Of a stretch of 64,000 nucleotides of DNA, positions 51,791 through 62,534 are shown in pieces (position 1 is the first letter of the stretch; each line of letters opens with the position of its first letter). The stretch covers positions 128,001 through 192,000 of the forward strand of contig CBDEFO010000006.1 in the NCBI GenBank assembly GCA_965237525.1. Reading direction: 5' to 3'. The notes below the pieces were generated by a model. It was not told the origin of the DNA, ran no database searches, and saw only the letters and a program-made list of their open reading frames with translations. The position numbers and the translations under genes are program-made. This DNA comes from Candidatus Latescibacterota bacterium. Lineage in GTDB: Bacteria > Latescibacterota > CBDEFO01.

Positions 51791-52708
51791 TCAGTCGGGG
51801 TCGGGAGACGTTTCCAGTTCTTCAAGGGCCTGATGTAAGTCAGGCGGCAGAGGGCCAGCCTGGGCTGCGACGACGCTCTCTTCAATCTCGGCAGGCGTTG
51901 CAGCACCGACCAGAATCGTTGTAATAGCTGGATCGGCTATCAAGTATCGGATCGCCAGTGCCACCAGAGATAGGCCGGAGGCTTTCTGCAGGTCGTTCAA
52001 GCGGGCATCGGGACTTTGCCCCTTATCAGCTCCGATGGAGTCAATCACCCCCGCTGCGATGAAGGCTACTCCCTTCTCGCGAGCCAGCGGCAACGCCGTC
52101 CGACGCGCCTCGCGCGACAGAAGCGAGTAGTTATAGGCGACCAGACACGCATCCACCTCCACATGGCGCAGCAGACGGGCAATTCGGTCTGCACTGTTTC
52201 CGGTGATCCCGATAAATCTACATAGACCTTGCGCTTTTGCTTCTCTTAGAACCTGCATTATGGGCGCGTTGGCAAAATCGTAATCGTACTCAGGTTGAAT
52301 GTGCGCGCTGTGCGCAGCATCATCAGACCACCAGCAGTGAAAATCAGCCTCGTGCACCTGTAGCGTGCCCACGCTGTCACGGCGCAGTAAACGCAGATTC
52401 TCATCAAGCTGTGTGCGCAGGGCGTCAGGCGAACGGTAACGGGTCTGGGTGGCCAGATGTCCGAGCTTGGTCGCCAGAAGATACTCTTCCGATCGTTCCT
52501 GCAGGGCCACACCATAAATTGCCTGCGATACTCCACTGCCGTAGAAAGGAGAGGTATCGAAATAGCTGACGCCCAGCTCCAGCGCCTGGCGCACTGTGGC
52601 CACGCCGTCTGCAAAGGAGTGCTTATCGAGAGAACCGCCACCCAGGCCCACGACAGTCACATGCTCATCTGTCCTGCCGTAAGGGCGTCTTTCAATTGCT
52701 GTTGTCAC
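51791..52708 (-). CDS. Aldo/keto reductase
   Basis: YFDTSPFYG, LATKLG, LQVHE, FIGITG. Confidence 0.92.
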   Translation of the reverse strand: MTTAIERRPYGRTDEHVTVVGLGGGSLDKHSFADGVATVRQALELGVSYFDTSPFYGSGVSQAIYGVALQERSEEYLLATKLGHLATQTRYRSPDALRTQLDENLRLLRRDSVGTLQVHEADFHCWWSDDAAHSAHIQPEYDYDFANAPIMQVLREAKAQGLCRFIGITGNSADRIARLLRHVEVDACLVAYNYSLLSREARRTALPLAREKGVAFIAAGVIDSIGADKGQSPDARLNDLQKASGLSLVALAIRYLIADPAITTILVGAATPAEIEESVVAAQAGPLPPDLHQALEELETSPDPD

Positions 52709-52752
52709 GATTAATTCCTCCTGATCTTTCCTGGAAACGATCCCCTATAGGT

Positions 52753-53670
52753 TCACTCGGGGTCAGGAGACGTTTCCAGCTCTTCAAGGGCCTGATGTAA
52801 GTCAGGCGGAAGTGCGCCAGCCTGGGCTGCGACGACGCTCTCTTCAATCTCGGCAGGCGTCGCTGCGCCGACCAGAATCGTTGTAATAGCTGGGTCGGCT
52901 ATCAAGTAGCGGATCGCCAGTGCGACCAGAGATAGGCCGGAGGCTTTCTGCAGGTCATTCAAGCGGGCATCGGGACTTTCCCCCTTATCAGCTCCGATGG
53001 AGTCAATCACCCCCGCTGCGATGAAGGCTACTCCCTTCTTGCGAGCCAGCGGCAACGCCGTCCGACGCGCTTGCCGCGACAGAACCGAGTAGTTATAGGC
53101 GACCAGACACGCATCCACCTCCACGTGGCGCAGCACACGGGCAATTCGGTCTGCACTGTTTCCCGTGATTCCGATAAATCTACATAGACCTTGCGCTTTT
53201 GCTTCTCTTAGAACCTGCATTATGGGCGCGTTGGCAAAATCGTAATCGTACTCAGGTTGAATGTGCGCGCTGTTCGCAGCATCATCGGACCACCAGCGGT
53301 GAAGAATCGCTTCGTGCACCTGCAGCGTGTCCACGCTGTCACGGCGCAGTAAACGCAGATTCTCATCAAGCTGTGTGCGCAGGGCGTCAGGCGAACGGTA
53401 ACGGGTCGGGCTGGCTAGGAATCCGAGCTTGGTTGCCAGAAGATACTCTTCCGATCGTTCCTGCAGGGCCACACCATAGATTCCCTGCGATAGTCCACTG
53501 CCGTAGAGAGGAGAGGTATCGAAATAGCTGACGCCCAGCTCCAACGCCCGGCGCACTGTGGCCACGCCGTCGGCAAAGGAGTGCTTATCGAGAGAGCCGC
53601 CACCCAGACCCAGGACAGTCACATGCTCCTCTGTCCTGCCGTAAGGGCGTCTTTCAATTGCTGTTGTCAT
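52753..53670 (-). CDS. Aldo/keto reductase (near-identical tandem copy of 51791-52708)
   Basis: Same length and motifs; high nucleotide identity is visible. Confidence 0.92.
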   Translation of the reverse strand: MTTAIERRPYGRTEEHVTVLGLGGGSLDKHSFADGVATVRRALELGVSYFDTSPLYGSGLSQGIYGVALQERSEEYLLATKLGFLASPTRYRSPDALRTQLDENLRLLRRDSVDTLQVHEAILHRWWSDDAANSAHIQPEYDYDFANAPIMQVLREAKAQGLCRFIGITGNSADRIARVLRHVEVDACLVAYNYSVLSRQARRTALPLARKKGVAFIAAGVIDSIGADKGESPDARLNDLQKASGLSLVALAIRYLIADPAITTILVGAATPAEIEESVVAAQAGALPPDLHQALEELETSPDPE

Positions 53671-53708
53671 AGTTCCTCCCTATCACGATCTGTTGCTTAT
53701 GAATCCAT

Positions 53709-55025
53709 CTATTCACGTACCCGCAGCGGTATTCTGATATCCTGCCGCCTGAACAAACAGGTGCCGTCCACATCTTCACACACATAGTAGAGGGCGTACG
53801 CCGGCAGAGCCACCTCTCCTGGCTCTGTTTCTGACGCACACCTCAGTTCAAAATCCAGCCGGCGCGTCTCAAGACTTACAGACTCAGATGGATTCTTTAC
53901 GGTATGAAGCTTCTGTTCCAGCTCCCAGCCAGGCAAGGGATCTACCCATAGTTTCAGACCTTCGACTTCATTATTCCAGTGAGCTTTTACAGCCTGATTC
54001 GGACGGAATATCACATGTATCCGTGCACTGCCGCCCGGTGGGATGACCGCCGGCACAGAGACCACTTCCACCTGAATAAGGCCCTCCTCATCCAGCCGTA
54101 TCCGGCCATCTGGATCGGGGTTTTGCACCGATGATTCACCGATCTCCAGATCTACTAATGGCGCTGCATATTCGGCGCCGGCAGGTTCAACCGTCAGTTC
54201 CACCGGGACCTCACCCCGTGCCGTGATTTCTTCTCGCGCCTGCTCTGTCCAGTCGTAGAACGGATAAGGCTTGTCCAGACGCGGGCCATACTGCTGAATG
54301 CGCCGTCTCCAGATATACTGGTTAGGGTCCAGCTCCAGGGCTCGGCTCCACTCTATCACAGCCTCCTGAAAATCGTTTGCCTTTCGGTATTCACTTTCAT
54401 AGCGCCGCCGCAGGCAAACCCCCAGGCGGAAATGCCAGCGCCCATCGCCTCCTTCCAGGTCCAGAGCCTGCCGAAAGGCCTCCACCGCCTCATTAATGCG
54501 CTCAATACCTCCCCATAGATAAAGGGCTGCACCGTACTCCCCCCAAGTCTCAGCTCCACCTGCAGCAGTCTGGCCCTTCAGGACGTTCAGGTCCGGTCTT
54601 TCTGCTACCAGAGGATCCTGAAGTTGCTCAGGCGGCGCAAAATCCCTGTGGATGAATTCCGCCTCAAATTTTTCCTGCGCAATCTCATGCCCTATTCCGT
54701 ACTCATCGATGGCCGTAACCGTGGGAACAGCCGTAAGTTCCAGCAGGTTCAACGGATCGATCATAATCGGCCAGTTCATCTCTTGCCACTGCAAAAAGAG
54801 GCGGCATCTCTCCGGATGCTGTTCCTGGATGCGCCCCACTACGACGAGCTGCCTGTTCTCTACCAGTTGCTTCACCTGTCGATACCAGCCTAGTATGTGC
54901 CTGCGGCAGCCCGCTCACCAGGACGCAAAATCCATCAGCAGAATCCTGCTGCCCCGGTACTGTCCCAGCGACATCGGCTCCCCATCCATCGAGGGAAGCG
55001 TCCGATCTCTATAGCTGGTCTCCAT
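53709..55025 (-). CDS. Selenoprotein: TlpA/redoxin-like domain (W-U-A-G-C), TPR and DsbD-N-like C-terminal domain
   Basis: ATG 55025 with RBS AAGGAG. METSYRDRTLPSMDGEPMSLGQYRGSRILLMDFASW[TGA 54915-54917]AGCRRH is in frame with the 388-aa ORF. Candidate SECIS hairpin follows the UGA. Confidence 0.85.
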
Positions 55026-55158
55026 ATCTGCAGCTCCTTGAGTGGACAAAAGAATAGAGCAAACTGCAACAAATAGGTACAATTTCATCTTGTAAATGTA
55101 GTCGTATCGAGTCCCTAGATCCTGCCGACAGACAGGCCGCTTCTATCACCAGCGAATC

Positions 55159-56031
55159 CTAAAGCTCCGGCTCTTCCCCGATCTCAGCCAGGCGCTCTTT
55201 GGCCTGCTCATAGACATCGGTCGGAAGCGCCCCGGCCTTGGCTGCCGCCACGTTAGCCTGGAGGTGATCCAGATCGGCGGTGCCCACGATTGTAGTGTGG
55301 CAGGACGGATGGGAAAGCGTGAAGCGCAGCACAAACTCGTAGCGATTCATATCGCCCATCAGGTCGTTGAGCTTGGCCCGATCCCACTTTGTCCAGCGGT
55401 CACCGCTCTCGCGATGTCCCTTTGCGATGCCCCCGCGGATGATGATGCTAGCCCCCAGATCGGCCGCCTCCTGGATCATTTGCTCGTGCCTGCGCTCCAG
55501 GGCAGAATACGGAATCTGAAATGTGTCGAATACGCCCATCCGTGCAAAGGCCAGAAGATCCGGGGCCGTGGAAGATACACCGATGAACCGGGTCTTCCCT
55601 GACTCTCGAATCTCTTGAAGGGCCTGGACGAGTCCGCCCTGCTCTACCTGCTCCACAGAGGGGTTGTGCATCTGCAGCACGTCCACATGGTCGGTCTTCA
55701 TCCGCTCCAGGCTCTGGTCAATGTTCCTCTGCAGCCGATCTGCCGTCCACAGGTGGCCAGGATCTTGCCGGGCCCCGTCGGGGCCGATGTTGCACCCACA
55801 TTTTGTGGCCAGATAGAATTCGCCGCGACGATGGCTGATATATGCGCCGATGCGCTCCTCGCTCAAGCCGTAATCGGGTGAGGTGTCGATGAAGTTGATG
55901 CCCGAGTCAAGCACTGCATTTATGATGCTCCCGGGATCTTCAGTATGCGAAATCGCCATCGCGCCGTAGCCTAACTGGGTCACTTCTAACCCTGTGCGCC
56001 CAAGGGTCTCTTTCGGTAGCTCCATCTGCAT
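55159..56031 (-). CDS. Aldo/keto reductase
   Basis: LGRTGLEVTQLGYG, FIDTSPDYG, LATKCG. Confidence 0.92.
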   Translation of the reverse strand: MQMELPKETLGRTGLEVTQLGYGAMAISHTEDPGSIINAVLDSGINFIDTSPDYGLSEERIGAYISHRRGEFYLATKCGCNIGPDGARQDPGHLWTADRLQRNIDQSLERMKTDHVDVLQMHNPSVEQVEQGGLVQALQEIRESGKTRFIGVSSTAPDLLAFARMGVFDTFQIPYSALERRHEQMIQEAADLGASIIIRGGIAKGHRESGDRWTKWDRAKLNDLMGDMNRYEFVLRFTLSHPSCHTTIVGTADLDHLQANVAAAKAGALPTDVYEQAKERLAEIGEEPEL

Positions 56032-56199
56032 GATCAACCTCCAGTTCCAAGTCTATGTTTGTGTTTGCGGCCTACTAGCGGATTTGTCGGTGGTAGGCCA
56101 ACTTCTGCTTGTTAGAACGATCTGGCTACTTCAGTCGTGGATGCTTCCTATCAGCTCTTAAGTATCGAGCAAGAATAGTCTAGACAAGATTATACAGAT

Positions 56200-56343
56200 C
56201 TAAAATAGTAGACAGTATGGAGGAAGAGGCAAGCTCACAAAGATTGCTTCGGCATCGTCGCCAGTCGTGTGGATTCTCAGAATGCCATAGACCAATCTAC
56301 TTGCTATCAATCCTGTCTCTTGTCCTATCTCGTGTGATTTCAT
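56200..56343 (-). pseudogene. N-terminal remnant of another aldo/keto reductase
   Basis: RBS GGAGG; MKSHEIGQETGLIASRLVYGILRI then breaks at a GAAGCAATC repeat. Confidence 0.45.
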
Positions 56344-56531
56344 AATTACCTCCTGTGCTGATGTGTGTGATAATCAGAATCATCTTCTCTGAGAGGCAAC
56401 GAGGTCATAATCATGCGGCCTCCACTTTCCTACTTGAAACCGTTGATCCGCATATACTCGGACTCTTGGTCTGGATTCCGGTCCACCTTAGAGCAGGTCG
56501 GCGACTCACTTCGGGGGTATAGAACTACGTC

Positions 56532-57716
56532 CTATTCCGGGGACTCAAACTTCAGCCGCAGAATCTTGTCATTCTTTGAATTGCTGGTCAAAACGTAGAG
56601 ATGGCCGTCCGGTCCAACGGTCACGTCACGCAGGCGTCCGTAGATTCCATTGCGCAGGTCGCGAGCAAACCAACGTTCGATATTCGTTACCTTATAGTCT
56701 TCGTTATCGTCTTCGAATTGGACACGGATCAGGGCATGACTTCCTAGCGTGGCAACAAAGAGATCTCCGCGGTAAAAGGTCATGCCGGTGGGAGGGACAG
56801 CGGCTTTTTCCCACATCACGATGGGATCCCGGTATTCAGCGATCCGAGGCGCGCCGACGACATTGGGCCAGCCGTAGTTGGCTCCTTTCTCAACGATGTT
56901 GATCTCGTCGCGCTATAGGACGCCCGGCCATTCACCAGACGGTCCGTGTTCTGAGTTAAACATTACACCGGTCTCGGGGTCCCAGGCCAGGCCTTGCACA
57001 ACACGGTGCCCATACGAAAAGATCGGAGAGCCGGGGAAGGGGTTATCTTTCGGAATCTGCCCATCCGGCGTGATGCGAAGAATCTTTCCTGCCCATGTGT
57101 TGAGATCCTGGGAGAGCGGCTGGTTCCAGAGATCGCCAGTCCCGATATAGAGCATCCCATCCGGACCGAATCCGATCCTGCCGCCAATATGAACTCTGTG
57201 ACCGGGTATGTTGTCTAGAATGACGCTGTCAACAACACCGGTATCACCGTGATGGCGCAAACGAATGATACGATTGAATAGCTGTTCATCCTTTTGATAG
57301 CTGTGTATGGCGTAGACAAAGGGGTGCTGTGCAAATTGGGGATGCAGGGCCAATCCCATGAGTCCCCCATCTCCGACAGGGGCCACCTCATCAGGTTTGA
57401 CGTAAAGCTGCGGCTGGTTCTGGCCATGGGGGACACGTTGTATTCGGCCGGGCCTTTCGGAGAACAGGGCATCGCCATTCGGCAGGAAAACCAGAGACCA
57501 CGGAAGCTCCAGACTGTCCACCCAGGTCTCGACCCTGACTCCTTCCACTTGTGGAAGGAAAACGTCGACCACGGTCTGCGGCACTTCCCCGCGGATGGGT
57601 TCACCGTTAACGCTTCTGGGAAGGGAAAGCGCAACTATGATCGCCAAAACGTGCTGGAGCAAGTATGGGCTGTGGAAGGATGTCTTTCGCATTTCGAAGC
57701 TCCTTGATTTAGTCAT
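56532..57716 (-). pseudogene. PQQ-dependent sugar dehydrogenase with in-frame TAG at 56913-56915
   Basis: WPGVL*RDEINIV; paralogs have H or E here. The two ORFs share a frame. Confidence 0.85.
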
Positions 57717-57916
57717 AGTTTGACCTCCTCTATCATGAGACGTTATGAGAAATTCTCTACAGCTTCAAAAGTACGCTTTTTCCCCACTTCAACAGAGCGA
57801 ACTTGACGGACATCCACAGATCCGTAATCGCCATTGGGCAGGTCCCTAGGGAATTCCCAGCTCTTCAACAGCGTGATGCAGGTCGGCGACTCACTTCGGG
57901 CGTTTACAACTACGTC

Positions 57917-59080
57917 CTATTCTGAGGTGTCAAACTTCAGGCGCAGAATCTTGTCAGTGGTCAAAACGTAGAGATGGTCATCCGCTCCAACGGTCACGTC
58001 ACGCAGGCGTCCGTAGATTCCATTGTTCAGGTCGCGAGCAAACCAACGTTCGATATTCGTCACTTTATAGTCTTCGTTATCGTCCTCAAACTGGATACGA
58101 ATCAGTGCTTGACTTCGCAACGTGGCAACGAAGAGGTCCCCGCGGTAAAAGGTCATGCCCGCGGGAGGCACGGACGCACCGCGCCACATGATGATCGGAT
58201 CTCGGTATTCAGGGATGCGAGGCGCGCCGACGACAGTGGGCCAGCCGTAGTTGGCTGCTTTCTCGATGATGTTGATCTCGTCGCGCTCATAGACGCCTGG
58301 CAAGTCACCAGACGGTCCGTGTTCTGAGCTAAACAAGACGCCGGTTTCAGGGTCCCAGGCCAAGCCCTGGACATTACGGTGCCCATAGGAAAAGATAGGG
58401 GAGCCGGGGAAGGGGTTATCCTTCGGAATCTGACCGTCTGGCGTGATGCGAAGAATCTTTCCTGCCCATGTGTTGAGATCCTGGGCAGGCGTCTGCTTCC
58501 AGAGTTCGCCTGTGGCGATGTAAAGCATCCCATCCGGACCGAATCCGATCCTGCCTCCGATATGCTCCCCGATATGCTGCCCCTTGCCAGCAGGTATGTT
58601 GTCCAAAATGACGCGATCAATAACACCGGTATGATGGTGGTGGCGCAAGCAAATGACACGATTGAATAGCTGTTCATCCTTTTGATAGGTGTGCATGGCG
58701 TAGACAAAGGGGTGCCGTGTAAATTGGGGATGCAGGGCCAATCCCATGAGTCCCCCATCTCCGACGCGGACAACTTCATCGATTTTGATGTAGAGTTGCG
58801 GCTGGTTCTGGCCACGTGGAATATGCTGAATTCGACCGCGTGGTTCTGAAACAAGGGCATCACCGTTTGGCAGGAAAACAAGTGACCAGGGAGTATGCAG
58901 ACTGTCCACCCAGGTTTCGACGCTGACCCCTTCCACTTCTGGAAGGAAAACATCGGCCACGGTCTGCGGCACTTCCCCATGGATGGGGTCGGCGGAAACG
59001 CTGCTGGAAAGGGAAAGCACGACTATGATCACCAAAACGTGCTGGAGCAAGTGTGGACTGTGGAAGGATCTCTTTCGCAT
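57917..59080 (-). CDS. PQQ-dependent sugar dehydrogenase
   Basis: Same motifs as 35384-36613; signal peptide. Confidence 0.92.
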   Translation of the reverse strand: MRKRSFHSPHLLQHVLVIIVVLSLSSSVSADPIHGEVPQTVADVFLPEVEGVSVETWVDSLHTPWSLVFLPNGDALVSEPRGRIQHIPRGQNQPQLYIKIDEVVRVGDGGLMGLALHPQFTRHPFVYAMHTYQKDEQLFNRVICLRHHHHTGVIDRVILDNIPAGKGQHIGEHIGGRIGFGPDGMLYIATGELWKQTPAQDLNTWAGKILRITPDGQIPKDNPFPGSPIFSYGHRNVQGLAWDPETGVLFSSEHGPSGDLPGVYERDEINIIEKAANYGWPTVVGAPRIPEYRDPIIMWRGASVPPAGMTFYRGDLFVATLRSQALIRIQFEDDNEDYKVTNIERWFARDLNNGIYGRLRDVTVGADDHLYVLTTDKILRLKFDTSE

Positions 59081-59234
59081 TTCGAAGCTCCTTGATTCAG
59101 TCGTAGTTTGACCCCCTTTATCATGAGACGTTATGACAACTTCTCTACAGCTTCAAAAGTACGCTTTTTCCCCACTTCAACAGACGCGAACTTGGCGGAC
59201 ATCCACAGTTCCGTGACCGCCATTGGGCAGGTCC

Positions 59235-60182
59235 CTAGGGAATTCCCAACTCTTCAAGGGCCTGATGCAGGTCGGCAGGTAGAGGGGCAGCCTGCGCTGC
59301 GGTCACGCTCTCTTCGATCTCGGCAGGCGTCGCAGCGCCTATCAGAATCGTCGTGACCGCTGGGTCCGCCATTAGAAACCGCACGGCCATGTTCACAAGC
59401 GAAAGACCGCAATCCTTCTGCAGCGCATAGAGCCGCTCAAAACGGTTCAGAACCTCGGGCGTCCAGGAGTCCGGGGGAGAACTCAGCCACTCGGGATGAA
59501 CCTCCGTCAGTTGACCATTGTGAAAGGCACCGCCCAGGATCAATGTCACCCCCTTCTCAACTGCGACCGGCAAAGCCTGGCGGCGGGTCCCCCGCCTTAT
59601 CAGATCGTAGTTGAAGGCGGGCAGACAGGTGTCAACCTCCACGTGTCGCAGGACATGAGCAACGGAGTCCACACTGTTTCCGGTGATCCCGATAAATCTA
59701 CATAGGCCTTCCGCTTTTGCCTCTCTCAGAACCTGCATGACCGGGGCGTTGTCAAAATCGAAATCATCCTCAGGTTGAACGCGTCCGGTTGCCCCTTCGG
59801 ACCACCAGCAGGGATAATCGGCCTCATGCACTTGCAGCGTGTCCACGCTGTCACGGCGCAGGACACGGAGGTTTTCCTCAAGTTGCGTTCGCAGAGCCTC
59901 AAGCGACCGGTAACGAGCAATGGTTTTAAAACCCCGTAATTTTGTCGCCAAAATATACTCTTCCGAACGTCCCTGCAGGGCCTCCCCGTAGATTGCCTGC
60001 GATACTCCATAGCCATAGCCAGGTGAGGTGTCGAAATAGGTAACGCCGAGTTCCAGCGCCCGCCGTACTGTAGCTACACCATCGGCATAGGAGCGCTCGT
60101 TGAGAGGTGAGCCACCCAGGCCTACGACTGTAACACGCTCACCTGTCTTGCCGTAAGGACGTGTTTCAATTGTTGTTGCCAT
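59235..60182 (-). CDS. Aldo/keto reductase
   Basis: YFDTSPGYG, LATKL, LQVHE. Confidence 0.92.
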   Translation of the reverse strand: MATTIETRPYGKTGERVTVVGLGGSPLNERSYADGVATVRRALELGVTYFDTSPGYGYGVSQAIYGEALQGRSEEYILATKLRGFKTIARYRSLEALRTQLEENLRVLRRDSVDTLQVHEADYPCWWSEGATGRVQPEDDFDFDNAPVMQVLREAKAEGLCRFIGITGNSVDSVAHVLRHVEVDTCLPAFNYDLIRRGTRRQALPVAVEKGVTLILGGAFHNGQLTEVHPEWLSSPPDSWTPEVLNRFERLYALQKDCGLSLVNMAVRFLMADPAVTTILIGAATPAEIEESVTAAQAAPLPADLHQALEELGIP

Positions 60183-60284
60183 GATTAATTTCTCCTATTC
60201 TCCTGCCACCTCATGCGCAACACTGGATTGATCCCCGATAGACTCAATGGGGATTCAATCCCCGAAAAGTTAATCCAATGAGCA

Positions 60285-61157
60285 TTAGTCCTCCGGCTCT
60301 TCCCCGATCTCAGCCAAGCGCTCTTTGGCCTGCTCATAGACATCGGTCGGAAGCGCCCCGGCCTTGGCTGCCGCCACGTTAGCCTGAAGGTGATCCAGAT
60401 CGGCGGTGCCCACGATGGTAGTGTGGCAGGACGGATGGGAAAGCGTGAAGCGCAGCACAAACTCGTAGCGGTTCATATCGCCCAGCAGAGCGTTGAGCCC
60501 GGCCCGATCCCACTTTGCCCGGGTGTTAGGCCCCCCGGTATGCCCCCTAGCGATGCCGCCGCGGATGATGATGCCAGCCCCCAGATCGGCCGCCTCTTGG
60601 ATCATCCGCTCGTGCCTGCGCTCCAGGGCAGAATACGGTATCTGAAAGGTGTCAAAGACGCCCATCCGTGCAAAGGCCAGAAGATCCGCGGCCATGGAAG
60701 ATACGCCGATGAACCGGGTCTTTCCCGCCTCTCGAATCTCTTGAAGGACTTGGACGAGTCCACCCTGCTCAACCTCCTCCACGGAGGGATTGTGCATCTG
60801 TAGCACGTCCACGTGGTCAGTCTTCATCCGCTCTAAACTTTGGTCAATGTTCCTGCGCAGCCGATCTGCCGTCCACACGTGGATAGGATCTAGCCGTTCC
60901 CCATCGGGGCCAATGTTGCAGCCACATTTAGTGGCCAGATAGAACTCGTCGCGACGATGGCTGATATAGGCGCCGATTCGCTCCTCACTCAAGTCGTAAC
61001 AGACGGCAGTGTCGATGAAGTTGATGCCCGAGTCGAGCACTGCATTTATCATGCTCCCGGGATCTCCAGTACGCACAAGCTCCATCGCGCCGAAGCCTAA
61101 CTGCGTCACTTCTAACCCTGTGCGCCCAAGGGTCTCTTTCGGTAGCTCCATCTGCAT
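60285..61157 (-). CDS. Aldo/keto reductase (copy of 55159-56031)
   Basis: Near-identical sequence including the upstream region. Confidence 0.92.
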   Translation of the reverse strand: MQMELPKETLGRTGLEVTQLGFGAMELVRTGDPGSMINAVLDSGINFIDTAVCYDLSEERIGAYISHRRDEFYLATKCGCNIGPDGERLDPIHVWTADRLRRNIDQSLERMKTDHVDVLQMHNPSVEEVEQGGLVQVLQEIREAGKTRFIGVSSMAADLLAFARMGVFDTFQIPYSALERRHERMIQEAADLGAGIIIRGGIARGHTGGPNTRAKWDRAGLNALLGDMNRYEFVLRFTLSHPSCHTTIVGTADLDHLQANVAAAKAGALPTDVYEQAKERLAEIGEEPED

Positions 61158-61489
61158 GATCGACCTCCACTTCCAGGTTTATGTTTGTGCTTGCGGCCTG
61201 CCGGCGGACTCATCGGCTGTAGGGCCAACGTCTGTTTGTGAGAAAGGTCCCGTTACTATCAGCCGCGGATGCTTCCCATAAGCGCTTAACTATCGGGTCA
61301 AAATAGTGTGGACAAGATTAAAGAGAACCAAGATACTAGACAGCATAGAGGGAGAGGCAAGCTAACGGAGATTGCTTCGCTTTGCGTTAAATGACGTTGC
61401 AGGGACTTTTGTCATTATGAGGGGCAAAACCCTGAAGTAACTTGACCTTTCTACGAACTTAATATATCCCAGAAGCTTTGTCAAGCTAC

Positions 61490-62445
61490 TTAGCTGGATA
61501 CCAGGCCATGCTCCTCAAAAATCTCCAGCGCCTTCTGGAATATCTTTTGATCGGGGTAATTTCCATCGGCAGCATCCAGGACTTCGTCGACCTGCTCAGG
61601 CGTATTCAGGCCTACTATTACACTGCTTACGATGGGATGGATCAGGGCAAATTTGATCGCAAACTCGGTCCACGATTCTATTTCCCCGGCAATAGCAGCC
61701 TTTAAAATCTCCAACCTTTCATAGGCAGAATCCCAATTATCTGCCAACATACGATCACCTTTCGGCAATTGGCTGCGGCAGGCCCGCCTGTCCGTGAGCA
61801 AACCGCCCATAAAGGGACGAATGCAGAAGAATCCCTGGCCCTTCACCTGCATCTTGAGAAAAATTCGGCCATCTCCATTTCGATCGGGTTGTAGTAAGCC
61901 ACTATTCCGCTGAAAGCGTCGGTTTTCAAAGCCGCAGATGCAAATCCAGGGGTATAAGGAAAGGTCGTCAGGTAACCGACCTTACCTTCCTCTTTTAATT
62001 TCTGGAATATCTCCAGCATAGGCTCATAAACTGCCTCAATATTCGGAACACTGAGTTCATCCGTGTTGGGATTGGATCTTTGCAAGTGCTGCACTACCGC
62101 GATACGATCCGCGTGAAGATCCCGCAGGGCTTCTTCGACACGCAATCTGAACTTGTCGGAATGAAATTTTCCGCCGTCTTCGAAATCAGGCACCGGCACT
62201 TTGATGATATGATGAAGCTCTTTCCGCTTCGGATGATCCTTCAGAACCTGTCCGACGGCCCAACGAGTTCCGTACTCGTAGCTCGAGTGGATGAAATTAA
62301 CGCCCCGCTCGATGGCTCTTGCCAGAGCCCGTTGTCCGGTATTTGACCTGTCCTCATGACCCGGCTCCGTGGCCGCAAACCGCATCGGGCCAAAACAGAT
62401 TTCCGATACCTCTAAATCGGTCTTTCCAAATTTCCGATATGGCAT
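61490..62445 (-). pseudogene. Aldo/keto reductase, 1-nt frameshift near 61855
   Basis: MPYRKFGKTDLEVSEICFG; adding one A gives EFFSKMQVKGQGFFCIRPFMGGLLT. Confidence 0.82.
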
Positions 62446-62534
62446 CTTTCCCTCCTTAAGAGGTGACATCTGCAGTCTAAGTTGTTTCTGATCCTTTGAG
62501 GAGAGGGATACATAAGCTCTCTAACAGCGTGAGG

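Larger units (their letters stand above)
2579..60262. repeat. Dispersed ~22-bp palindrome family (T)CCCCGA-N9/10-TCGGGG(A), e.g. CCCCGATAGAYTCAATCGGGG, plus a shorter CCCCGATTAAATCGGGG variant
   Basis: Copies at ~2579, 3148, 9025, 11258, 13062, 14958, 26939, 35418/35424, 37981, 48644, 49599, 51341, 51771 and 60233; several lie inside CDSs. Confidence 0.85.
11340..61440. repeat. Dispersed GTCATTGCGAG...AAGCAATCT / GAGATTGCTTCG...CGCAATGAC repeat family
   Basis: Copies at ~11340, 12352, 13663 and 13737 (in CDS), 48567, 56241 and 61368-61440. Confidence 0.75.
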
